Shown here one piece after another: positions 13,301 to 21,838 of a stretch of 64,000 nt of DNA. The stretch's first letter is position 1, and each line of letters starts with the position of its first letter. Under the pieces are notes generated by a model. That model worked only from the letters and a program-made list of their open reading frames with translations, ran no database searches and was not told the origin of the DNA. A program made the position numbers and the translations under genes. Origin of the DNA: Vulcanimicrobiota bacterium (GTDB taxonomy: Bacteria > Vulcanimicrobiota > Vulcanimicrobiia > Vulcanimicrobiales > Vulcanimicrobiaceae); the NCBI GenBank assembly GCA_963733295.1, contig CAVTCS010000003.1, positions 800,001 through 864,000 of the forward strand, in the 5' to 3' direction.

Positions 13301-13491
13301 CGCACCGCATCGGACAACACCGCGCGGTCACGGCGTACCGGCTCGTGACGAGCGGAACCGTTGAGGAGAAGATCCGTCAGCTGGCGGAGCGCAAGACGAA
13401 CCTCTCGCGCAACATCATCAAAGCGGACGGGGCTCTCGCGAAATCGCTGACCCGCGAAGATCTCGAGATGCTCTTCGCGGATCCGCAGTAG
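10360..13491 (+). CDS. SWIM zinc finger + SNF2-family helicase/ATPase
   Basis: CSC-x5-CEH [61 protein letters not shown]. Confidence 0.92.
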   Translation: [1043 protein letters not shown]

Positions 13492-13501
13492 CGCCGGAGC
13501 A

Positions 13502-13609
13502 CTAGTAGCGCAGACGTGGTCCCCAGCCGGCGAAACTTTCGCCCGGCGCGATGGCGATCGTAGGACGACGAACTTCTTCCTTATCGTTTAGCGTACGCGG
13601 TTTAATCAT
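13502..13609 (-). CDS. Putative small protein, 35 aa (MIKPRTLNDKEEVRRPTIAIAPGESFAGWGPRLRY)
   Basis: AAGAAAGGAGG RBS 8 nt before ATG; lies wholly in an intergenic gap; below ORF-track cutoff. Confidence 0.65.
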   Translation of the reverse strand: MIKPRTLNDKEEVRRPTIAIAPGESFAGWGPRLRY

Positions 13610-13645
13610 TCCGAGACCCTCCTTTCTTGGGATTCCATGGGATAG

Positions 13646-13670
13646 TACGGCCCACGCGTGGCGAAGTTTC
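13646..13670 (-). promoter_or_regulatory. Candidate ECF-sigma promoter GAAAC-N16-CGTA (overlapping TACTAT) for the small ORF
   Basis: Minus strand reads GAAAC TTCGCCACGCGTGGGC CGTA CTAT about 20 nt upstream of the RBS. Confidence 0.4.
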
Positions 13671-13735
13671 GGGGGTGGTATCTGCGTGCGATTCGCCTCC
13701 AGGTACCACGGGGCGCGGCGCGCGAATCGGCTGCC

Positions 13736-15406
13736 ATGCAGGACTCGAGCTACGCCTTCGGAGCGAGCGAGGTTCCCCTACTCGGGGAAACGCTGGGCGC
13801 GAACTTCGACCGTATCGCGGCCACCTATCCGGAGAACGAAGCCGTCATCGCCTGCCATCAGGGCAAGCGCTTGCGCTATCGCGAACTGCGCGAAGTGACC
13901 GACGCGTTCGCGCGCGGGCTGATCGCACTCGGAGTTCAACACGGCGATCGCGTCGGCATCTGGTCGACGAATTCGATCGAGTGGGTCGTGGCACAGTTCG
14001 CGACGCCCAAGATCGGTGCGATCCTGGTAAACATCAACCCGGCGTACCGCAGCTCCGAAGCAGCCTACGCGTTGCGCCAGAGCGGGGTTTCGGTACTCTT
14101 GACGCAAGTGCGGCACAAGACGAGCGAGTACGTCGAAATCCTGCGCGAGATCCGCGACGGGCTTCCCGAGCTGCGCACCGTGGTGCTGCTCGGTGACGAC
14201 GAATTAAAGGCGCCGCTCGAAGGCGCGCTCCGCTACGACGACGTGTTGACGGCGGCGCTCAACGTTCCGGACGAGCGCTTGCGCGAACGAGCTGCCGCGG
14301 TCCAATTCGACGAAGCGATCAACATCCAGTACACCTCCGGCACGACGGGCTTCCCGAAGGGCGCGACGCTTTCGCATCACAACATCCTCAACAACGGCTT
14401 CTTCATCGGCGAAGGCTGCCGCTACAGCGAACGGGACCGCGTGTGCGTGCCCGTTCCGTTCTATCACTGCTTCGGCATGGTGCTCGGGAATCTCGCGGCC
14501 GTAACTCACGGTGCTACGATCGTCATTCCCAACTACAGCTTCGATCCCGAACTCACGCTGCGGGCGGTCCAGAGCGAGCGCTGCACCTCGCTTTACGGCG
14601 TGCCGACGATGTTTATCGCCGAACTGGGCCTGCCGAACTTCGGAGAGTTCGACTTCTCGACGCTTCGGACCGGAATCATGGCGGGTTCGCCGTGTCCGGT
14701 CGAGATCATGAAGCGCGTGCAGAGCGAGATGCACATGCCGGAGGTCACGATCTGCTACGGGATGACCGAAACCTCGCCGGTTTCGACGCAAACGTCGGTC
14801 GACGACCCGCTCGACAAGCGAACCGGCACGGTCGGCCGGGTGCACCCGCATCTCGAGGTGAAGATCGTCGACGAAGCAGGGCGCGTCGTGCCGCGCGGGA
14901 CGCCGGGCGAACTCTGCACGCGCGGTTACAGCGTCATGCTGGGATATTGGAACGATCCCGCGAACACCGCCGGCGCGATCGACGCGGCGCGCTACATGCA
15001 CAGCGGTGACATCGCCGCGATGGATGCGGAGGGATACCTGAACATCGCCGGCCGGATCAAAGACATGGTGATCCGCGGGGGCGAAAACGTCTACCCGCGC
15101 GAGGTCGAAGAGTTCCTCTACTCGCATCCGTCCATCAAAGACGTTTCGGTCATCGGCGTTCCGGACGAAAAGTACGGCGAGGAGCTGTGCGCGTGGGTCG
15201 TTTTACACGACGAAGGCGCGGCGAGCGAAGAAGATATCCGCGAGTTCTGCCGCGGAAAAATCGCGCACTACAAGATCCCGCGCTACGTTCGTTTCGTGCG
15301 CGAGTTCCCGATGACCGTCACCGGAAAAGTCCAAAAATATAAGATGCGCGAGATCTCGACGGCCGAGCTCGGACTCGAGTCGGCCGCCAAGATCGCTACC
15401 GCCTGA
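13736..15406 (+). CDS. AMP-binding acyl-CoA synthetase (ACSF2/YngI-like)
   Basis: YTSGTTGFPKG, YGMTETSP, HSGD, GRIKDMVIRGGENVYPRE, TGKVQK. Confidence 0.92.
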   Translation: MQDSSYAFGASEVPLLGETLGANFDRIAATYPENEAVIACHQGKRLRYRELREVTDAFARGLIALGVQHGDRVGIWSTNSIEWVVAQFATPKIGAILVNINPAYRSSEAAYALRQSGVSVLLTQVRHKTSEYVEILREIRDGLPELRTVVLLGDDELKAPLEGALRYDDVLTAALNVPDERLRERAAAVQFDEAINIQYTSGTTGFPKGATLSHHNILNNGFFIGEGCRYSERDRVCVPVPFYHCFGMVLGNLAAVTHGATIVIPNYSFDPELTLRAVQSERCTSLYGVPTMFIAELGLPNFGEFDFSTLRTGIMAGSPCPVEIMKRVQSEMHMPEVTICYGMTETSPVSTQTSVDDPLDKRTGTVGRVHPHLEVKIVDEAGRVVPRGTPGELCTRGYSVMLGYWNDPANTAGAIDAARYMHSGDIAAMDAEGYLNIAGRIKDMVIRGGENVYPREVEEFLYSHPSIKDVSVIGVPDEKYGEELCAWVVLHDEGAASEEDIREFCRGKIAHYKIPRYVRFVREFPMTVTGKVQKYKMREISTAELGLESAAKIATA

Positions 15407-15409
15407 GCG

Positions 15410-16765
15410 CTATTTGATTTTCACCGGCGTGTAGTCGCTGCGAGCGACGATCGTCTGCGAATTAAAGATCGCGGTCGCCTTCGCGCTGTCGGGGTTCGAG
15501 CAGCTCTCGGCGGCGTACTCGCCACCCACCGCCGAACCGATCCCGAAGAACTCGTCGGGGCTGGAGCGCTTGGATTTGGGAAGGATCACGCCGGCGAACG
15601 TCTCCTGCACGTTCTGGTGGTCGCAGGCGCGCCAATAGCTTTCTTGCTTCTTATAACCGTTGAAACGGTGGCCTTCGAAGGCCTTCACGAGCGCCGCGGT
15701 GTCGGTCGTGCCGGCCGCCATCACGCGGTCCACGATCTGCTGGCCCGAGATGTAGCCGAGGTACTGCCGCCAGTTCGGCGGGAAGCCTTTGGCCACGGCT
15801 TTGAGTTTCTTGTAGAGCTCGAGCGTCCCGTCGCCGCCCGCTTCGGGACCCCAGACGTAACCCCAAATCGAACCGACCATGTCGTCCACCGGCATGCCGA
15901 CCGCGACTTCATTGCCGCAGAGGAGCCCGCCGAAGGTCATTTTGTTTTGCAAGCCGAGTCCGACCGCAGCCTTCGACGCGTTCTGCGTGTCGGGGCCGTA
16001 GTTGCAAAAGACCAGCACGTCGGCGTCGGTATTGCGCGCGCGGGTCAGGTACGACGAATAGTCGGTCTGTCCCAGCGGATGCCGGTCGTTGCCGACTTCG
16101 ACCCCGCCTCCGGCGCGAAGGATCTTGGCGAACCGGTCGTGCCCGTCGTTCCCGAACGCGTAGTCGGCGGTGATGAAATACCACTTCTTGCCCTTCTTGA
16201 GGAGCGCCGGAGCGACCGCGTTGGCCAGCATGGCGTTCGAACAGGTGGCGCGGAAGCAGACCTTGTTGGCCTTGGGGCCAGTGATGTTCGTGTCGTGCGT
16301 GCCGACGGCGACGAAAAGGACGCCGTTTTCCTCCGCCGTCGCCGAAACCGCGAGTGCGACGGCCGAGGAGAGGCAGCCGGTAAGGACGTCGACTTTCTCC
16401 TGCGAGATCAAGCGCTTCGCTTCGTTCGTCCCGATTGCCGGCTGACTGTTGTCGTCGCCTCTGACGATCACGAACTGGACGCGCGAGTTCTTCTTGTTGG
16501 CCTCGCTGCAGGCCAGGGCCAGCCCCGTCTGTTGCGATTCCGAGGCTGCGGCGTAGACGCCCGAAAAGCCGTCGATGTGGCCGATCTTCACTATTGCGCC
16601 GCCGCCCGCGGCGATGACGTCCTTGGGTGGCGCCAAGGGCGCCGCGCCGGCCGGCCGGTTTTCGAGGAGTGGAAAACCGAGAACCGACGCGCCCGCGATG
16701 CCGAGCGCGCCCGTGCGGCGCAAGAACTCCGAGCGCGAGACTTCCCGCTCTAACTCGTCACGCAT
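15410..16765 (-). CDS. LIV-family ABC substrate-binding protein with Tat-like signal
   Basis: GGAGG RBS; SRSEFLRR signal plus AxA; type I periplasmic binding protein motifs (ADYAFG, TDYSSYL, RACDHQ). Confidence 0.85.
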   Translation of the reverse strand: MRDELEREVSRSEFLRRTGALGIAGASVLGFPLLENRPAGAAPLAPPKDVIAAGGGAIVKIGHIDGFSGVYAAASESQQTGLALACSEANKKNSRVQFVIVRGDDNSQPAIGTNEAKRLISQEKVDVLTGCLSSAVALAVSATAEENGVLFVAVGTHDTNITGPKANKVCFRATCSNAMLANAVAPALLKKGKKWYFITADYAFGNDGHDRFAKILRAGGGVEVGNDRHPLGQTDYSSYLTRARNTDADVLVFCNYGPDTQNASKAAVGLGLQNKMTFGGLLCGNEVAVGMPVDDMVGSIWGYVWGPEAGGDGTLELYKKLKAVAKGFPPNWRQYLGYISGQQIVDRVMAAGTTDTAALVKAFEGHRFNGYKKQESYWRACDHQNVQETFAGVILPKSKRSSPDEFFGIGSAVGGEYAAESCSNPDSAKATAIFNSQTIVARSDYTPVKIK

Positions 16766-16864
16766 GAAGACCTCCAATAAAAAAATGCGTTGATTTAAAA
16801 GACGTTGCTTCATGGATGATAGGCTTTTCGAGGCCACTTTCCTGTGACTCGCGAAATGCGCGGC

Positions 16865-17824
16865 ATGGCGACGGCCAAGATCGCGCTGCTCCTGCGCCTG
16901 CTGGCGGCGATCGACGAGGGCCGCTACGGTTTCGAAGAACTCAAAGTGCGGCTCGACGAGGAGAGGCCGCCCAGCACGCGCACGCTGCGGCGCTACCTCG
17001 CGACGCTTGCAGAATCGGGCTTTCCCTGGTTGTACGACCGAGGCACCGGCACGTATCGCTTCGAATCGGGCTATTCGCTGCGGCGTCTCGAGCTATCCGG
17101 TAACGAGCTCTTCGGCCTGCTCGCGCTGCGCGGCATCGCGGCTTCGCTGGGCGGCAATATCGGGGCCTCGATCGGAGAAGTCACCGAAAAACTAGCGCAC
17201 GTTTCCGGCCGCGCCGCCGCTGCCAAGCCGGCGGTTCGCGTTCACCTGAGCGACCCGCAGCTCGACCCCGAGCGCGCGGCGATCTTCGAGCTGCTACAAC
17301 GGGCGCAGCGCGAGCATCAAAGCGTGCGCTTCGAATACGTCGACAAGAACGGGAAGCGCTCGACGCGGCACGCCGATCCCTACGGTTTCGTCGTCTCGGG
17401 TGGGCGCATCTACGCGGTTACTCACGACCGCTCGCGTGGCGACCTGCGGGTCTTCGCCGTCGACGGAATAACCAACGTGCGGCTCGCCCCTCAGCGCTTT
17501 ACCCTGCCGGACGATTTCGACATCGAGGCGTTTGCGGCGCGCTCGGTCAGCGGCATCATGCACGGGGATCGCGCGACGCGCGTGACGGTGCGCTTTTCGG
17601 CGCTGGTCGCGCGAGCGGCCAAAGCCGACCGCATCGTGCGCGAGCGGACGATCGAAGAGGGGCCCGGCGGCAGCGTCACGATCGTCTACACCATCGCCGA
17701 TGCGCCCGAATTCGTGCGCTGGCTGCTCAAATTCGGCGCCGAAGCGGAGATCGTCGAACCGGAAGAAGTCCGCGCTTTGGCGCGCGAGATCGCCTCCTCG
17801 GTAGCGGCGTTGTACGGAAGCTAA
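16865..17824 (+). CDS. HTH-WYL-WCX transcriptional regulator (PafB/PafC/DriD-like)
   Basis: STRTLRRYLATL wHTH; DPYG...IYAV...LRVFAVDGI WYL domain; WLLKFGAEAEIVEP WCX. Confidence 0.88.
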   Translation: MATAKIALLLRLLAAIDEGRYGFEELKVRLDEERPPSTRTLRRYLATLAESGFPWLYDRGTGTYRFESGYSLRRLELSGNELFGLLALRGIAASLGGNIGASIGEVTEKLAHVSGRAAAAKPAVRVHLSDPQLDPERAAIFELLQRAQREHQSVRFEYVDKNGKRSTRHADPYGFVVSGGRIYAVTHDRSRGDLRVFAVDGITNVRLAPQRFTLPDDFDIEAFAARSVSGIMHGDRATRVTVRFSALVARAAKADRIVRERTIEEGPGGSVTIVYTIADAPEFVRWLLKFGAEAEIVEPEEVRALAREIASSVAALYGS

Positions 17825-17857
17825 CGGGGCCTCCGCGATCGCTCGCGGAGGCCCCGT
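17824..17857 (+). terminator. Perfect 15-bp GC-rich hairpin at WYL stop
   Basis: ACGGGGCCTCCGCGA-TCGC-TCGCGGAGGCCCCGT, with GTGTTTT shortly after. Confidence 0.6.
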
Positions 17858-18125
17858 CGACGTGTTTTCCGCGACCGGCAGCGCGTACTTCGATTGCTCG
17901 ATCCGCATTTCCGTCGTTGGCGTTCTTCGGCCGGTTCCCGGATGTCCGCCGCGAAGCGGTGTTCCAAGGTGCGGCGACCGCGATGTCACGTTCATCGCAC
18001 TTCATTGCTGAAGTGTTTTCATTCTAATCGGGTCATTTTTCGGTTTCAAGAGCCCAAACCGCCTACCCACAACGAATCCACAAGAAAGTACGTTTATTCG
18101 CCGAAATCCACCGCGTACTCACAGG

Positions 18126-18662
18126 ATGGAGCCTTTCTTGCACGTCATTCTCGGCCGGATTCCCGCCGTTTTGCGGATTTGCGGCGCGGCGGTTCTCGGC
18201 TTTGCATGCAGCATCGGGACCGCTGCGGCCGACGCACCGAGCGGGCAACCCGTCGACGGCATCCGCTGCGACCAGATGGAGGGTTCGGTCTTCCACATTC
18301 ACCAGCACTTGGCGCTGTACGATCGCGGCAAACCGGTGCCGGTCCCGAGCGACGTCGGGCGACCGCTGATGGGCGCGTGCCTCTACTGGTTGCACACGCA
18401 CACCCCTGACGGGATCATTCACATCGAGTCGCCGGTCTTCAGGAGTTTCACGCTGGGCGACTTCTTCGACATTTGGGGCGAGCCGTTGTCGGCTTCGCGC
18501 GCCGGCCCGCTGCGTGCGAAGGGTAAGCTCACCATTTATGTCGACGGTCAGCTCTTCGCAGGGAACCCGCGCGCGATCGAACTGGCGCAGCATACCGACA
18601 TCGTTATCGAAAACGCGCCGCCGCTCGTGAAGCCGGGCCCGGTCGATTGGCGCGGCCAATAG
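18126..18662 (+). CDS. Exported hypothetical protein with His/Cys motifs (putative metal binding)
   Basis: Signal-like N-terminus ending AAADA; FHIHQHL, CLYWLHTH, GIIHIESP, FTLGDFFDIWG. Confidence 0.7.
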   Translation: MEPFLHVILGRIPAVLRICGAAVLGFACSIGTAAADAPSGQPVDGIRCDQMEGSVFHIHQHLALYDRGKPVPVPSDVGRPLMGACLYWLHTHTPDGIIHIESPVFRSFTLGDFFDIWGEPLSASRAGPLRAKGKLTIYVDGQLFAGNPRAIELAQHTDIVIENAPPLVKPGPVDWRGQ

Positions 18663-18683
18663 TTTTCGTTCGCGTTGAGGCCA

Positions 18684-19412
18684 CTAGGCGTTCTCGTCCT
18701 CTTCGGCCGCGCCGAGATACGCGTCGGTTATCTCCTCGCGGCCGAGCAGTTCCGCGCCGGTGCCTTCGAGCGCGATCGTGCCGCGTTCCAGGACGTAGGC
18801 GCGGTCGGCGAGGGCCAGCGCTTTGCGCGCGTTTTGTTCGACCAGAAGGATCGACGTGCCGCGTGCGCGCTCTTCCGCGACGATCGCGAAAATCTGATCG
18901 ACGAGCTTGGGGGCGAGGCCCATCGACGGTTCGTCGAGCAGCAGCGCTTTGGGATGGGTGATCAGCGCGCGCCCTAGCGCGAGCATTTGTTGTTCGCCGC
19001 CGGAGAGGGAACCGGCCGGAACGGAGCGCCGCTTTCCGAGGATTGGGAAGCGTTCGTAGAGAGCCGCGATTTCCGCCTTGCGATTCAGACCGGGCGCAGC
19101 CTCGGCGGCGACCAGCAGGTTCTCCTCGACGGTCAGCTGCGCGAGCATGCGGCGCCCTTCGGGGACGTGCGCCAGACCCGCGCGCACGACGTCGTGCGAT
19201 GCGACGCGCGCGAGGTCGCGGCCGAGGAATCGGATCTTCCCCGCGCGTATCGGCAGGAGTCGCGAGAGCGTCATGAGCAGCGTCGTCTTGCCCGCACCGT
19301 TCGCACCGACGATCGCGCACAGCGTGTGAACCTCGAGCTGAAGCGAGACGCCCCGCAGCACCTCGATGCGACCGTAGCCGGCGTGCAGGTTTTCGACTTC
19401 GAGCAACGCCAT
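18684..19412 (-). CDS. livF: LIV ABC ATP-binding protein LivF
   Basis: GANGAGKTT, VPEGRR, LSGGEQQM, LDEPSMGLAP. Confidence 0.92.
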   Translation of the reverse strand: MALLEVENLHAGYGRIEVLRGVSLQLEVHTLCAIVGANGAGKTTLLMTLSRLLPIRAGKIRFLGRDLARVASHDVVRAGLAHVPEGRRMLAQLTVEENLLVAAEAAPGLNRKAEIAALYERFPILGKRRSVPAGSLSGGEQQMLALGRALITHPKALLLDEPSMGLAPKLVDQIFAIVAEERARGTSILLVEQNARKALALADRAYVLERGTIALEGTGAELLGREEITDAYLGAAEEDENA

Positions 19413-20116
19413 CAGCCGAGGTACGCTTCGACGACCGCGGGATCGCGTTTGATCTCGGCGGGCGTACCCTCGGCGATGCGTTCGCCGAAGTTCAGAACGA
19501 CGACGCGATCGCAGACGGCCGTGACGAGCGACATGTCGTGCTCGACCAGCAGCACCCCCGCTCCGGCAGCCGCCGCGTCGCGAATGACGGCGCGCAACTC
19601 CTGGGTTTCGCGAGGGTTGAGTCCCGCCGCCGGCTCGTCGAGCAAGAGTAACTCGGGCTCGCTCGCGCGGGCGCGCGCGATCTCGAGCCGGCGCTGCTCG
19701 CCGTATGGGAGCGCGGCGGCGCGCCGCCGCAAATCCGGCACGTGCAGCGCCGTCTGCGCGAGAAGGGCTCGAATGGCGGCGTCGTCGAGCCGGCCGCGCC
19801 GCCGAAACGCCCCGGCACGAACGTTTTCGGCGATCGAGAGCGTTCCGAACAGACGAATGTTTTGATACGTTCGCGCGACGCCCGCCTGCGCGATGCGGTG
19901 CGGCGCGAGGCGGTCCAGGCGAACCTCGCCGAGGCGAATCGTTCCGGTGCGCACACGCACGATTCCGGTTACCGCATTGATCAAGGAGGTCTTGCCGGCA
20001 CCGTTCGGCCCGATCAACCCCACGACGCTACCCGCCGGCACGCGCAAGTTGACGGCGTCGAGCGCGCGCACTCCACCGTACTGAACTTGCAATCGGTCGA
20101 CGATCAGATCGCTCAC
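19412..20116 (-). CDS. livG: LIV ABC ATP-binding protein LivG
   Basis: GTG start overlapping livM stop; GPNGAGKT, LPYGEQRRLE, DEPAAGLN, EAYLG. Confidence 0.9.
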   Translation of the reverse strand: MSDLIVDRLQVQYGGVRALDAVNLRVPAGSVVGLIGPNGAGKTSLINAVTGIVRVRTGTIRLGEVRLDRLAPHRIAQAGVARTYQNIRLFGTLSIAENVRAGAFRRRGRLDDAAIRALLAQTALHVPDLRRRAAALPYGEQRRLEIARARASEPELLLLDEPAAGLNPRETQELRAVIRDAAAAGAGVLLVEHDMSLVTAVCDRVVVLNFGERIAEGTPAEIKRDPAVVEAYLG

Positions 20117-20937
20117 GTGCGCCGCTTCCACAGTCCCGACAAGCCGTCGGGTGCGAACAGCACGATCGCGAGCAAGATCGCGCCGCTCGAGACGTCTCGA
20201 TAGTCGTTGAGAAAGCGCACCGCTTCGGGCAGGACCGTCAGCAACGCTGCCCCCAGTGCCGCTCCGATCGAACTCGTCACCCCGCCGATCACGCATGCCA
20301 CGAGAATTTGCTCCATGCGTCCGAAGCCGAAGTCGCCGGGTGTGATGAAGAAGCTCGAGTGGGCGTAGAGCGCGCCGGCCAGACCGGCCACGAACGCGCC
20401 GGCAACGAGCGTGCCTAGGCGTACGCGGGCGGTGTCGATGCCGACGCCGCGCGCGGCGCTTTCGTCTTCGCGGGTGGCGGCGACCGCAAGGGACGCCTTC
20501 GTATCGCGCAGCACGAAGAGGGCGATACCCGTCGCGGCGAGCGTTCCGTAAATGAGCCACGTGTTCGCGTCGCTCGGGATGTTCGAGAAGCCCTCGGCAC
20601 CGCCGGTCGCGGGAACGTTGATCTCCACGACCCGCGCGATCTCGCCGAAACCGATCGTCGCGATCGCGAGAAAGACGCCGCGCAGCCTGCCGATCGGCCA
20701 TGCCAGCAGGGCAGCGGCGAACGACGCGGCCAGTGCACCGGCGAGGGCTGCGAGCCAAACGTTCCAGCCGTAATTGACCGCGGCAATGGCGCTGACGTAC
20801 GCGGCGATGCCCATGAACGCAGCTTGCGCCAGCGCGAGTTGGCCGGCACGCAACGAGATCGAGAGCGAAACTGCGAGCAGCGCGTTGATTCCGATCTCGT
20901 CGAAGAGTTTCGAATGCGAGGCGAGGAAGGCGAGCAC
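20113..20937 (-). CDS. livM: LIV ABC permease LivM
   Basis: GQLALAQAAF, RLRGVFLAIATIGFGEI, TGGAEG. Confidence 0.9.
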   Translation of the reverse strand: MLAFLASHSKLFDEIGINALLAVSLSISLRAGQLALAQAAFMGIAAYVSAIAAVNYGWNVWLAALAGALAASFAAALLAWPIGRLRGVFLAIATIGFGEIARVVEINVPATGGAEGFSNIPSDANTWLIYGTLAATGIALFVLRDTKASLAVAATREDESAARGVGIDTARVRLGTLVAGAFVAGLAGALYAHSSFFITPGDFGFGRMEQILVACVIGGVTSSIGAALGAALLTVLPEAVRFLNDYRDVSSGAILLAIVLFAPDGLSGLWKRRT

Positions 20938-20947
20938 GGCCGCCTCG

Positions 20948-21826
20948 TCAGGCCGTTCGCAGCGCGCGTTTACCCAGAAGTCCCGCGGGACGCAGGACCA
21001 GGATCAGGAACATCACGCCGAACGCGATCGCGTCGCGGTAGCTCGAAGAGATGTAAGCGACGGACAGCGTTTCAACGACGCCGAGGATCAGGGCGCCGAT
21101 CACGGCACCGGTAATGCTGCCCATGCCCCCGAGGACGATGATCGCGAGACCTTTGAGTTCGATGCGCGACCCCATCTGCAAGCTGACGCTGTCGTACTGC
21201 AACCCGATCAAGATGCCGGCGGCGCCCCCGAGCGCCGAGGCGATGAAGAAGGTCAACGCGATCGTTCGCTCGAGATCGACCCCGAGCAGCGCCGCGGCGA
21301 TCCGGTCGTCCGCGACGGCGCGGATGTTCCGGCCCAGCGCGGTCGAGCGAATCGTGTAACTTAAGAGAAGCATCAAGGCCAAGGCCACGCCGAGAATCGT
21401 CAGGTCGAGCGCCCCGAAGGTGAACGGACCCGCGTGAAAACGAGTCGCGAACTGCGAGCTGCCGGGAAAGCGCAATTCGTCGGGTCCGTAGAAACCGCGC
21501 AACGCGCCGCCGATGATGATCGCCACGCCGATGCTCGAGATGAGCGGCACGAGCGTCCCGGCGTTGCGCCTGCGCAGCGGCGCGAAGGCGACTCGATCGA
21601 GCAGCACGCCCATGAGGCCGGCCACGGCGACCGCCACGAGAAAGGCGGCCGGCAGCGGCAGGTGTGCTCCGATGAGACTCAGTGCGACGAACGCGGCCGC
21701 CGTGAAGATCGCCGCGTGGGCCAGATTGAGGATGTCGAGGACGCCGAAGACGAGCGTGTACCCGATCGCGAAGAGCGCGTAAACCGCTCCGATGAAGACA
21801 CCGTTCGCGACCTGCTGCGCGAGCAA
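20948..21826 (-). CDS. livH: LIV ABC permease LivH
   Basis: YALFAIGYTLVFGVLDILNLAH, LGGMGS, RPAGLLG. Confidence 0.92.
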   Translation of the reverse strand: MLAQQVANGVFIGAVYALFAIGYTLVFGVLDILNLAHAAIFTAAAFVALSLIGAHLPLPAAFLVAVAVAGLMGVLLDRVAFAPLRRRNAGTLVPLISSIGVAIIIGGALRGFYGPDELRFPGSSQFATRFHAGPFTFGALDLTILGVALALMLLLSYTIRSTALGRNIRAVADDRIAAALLGVDLERTIALTFFIASALGGAAGILIGLQYDSVSLQMGSRIELKGLAIIVLGGMGSITGAVIGALILGVVETLSVAYISSSYRDAIAFGVMFLILVLRPAGLLGKRALRTA

Positions 21827-21838
21827 TTCAGTGGGACA

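Noticed and set aside
10360..17824. SNF2 + WYL as an anti-phage defence island
   Set aside because: No nuclease, methylase or other defence genes; they are separated by metabolic genes and show no evident compositional shift
17727..18409. ORFs 17727-18005(-) and 17894-18409(+)
   Set aside because: They overlap real genes and hairpins, lack an RBS and have non-protein-like composition
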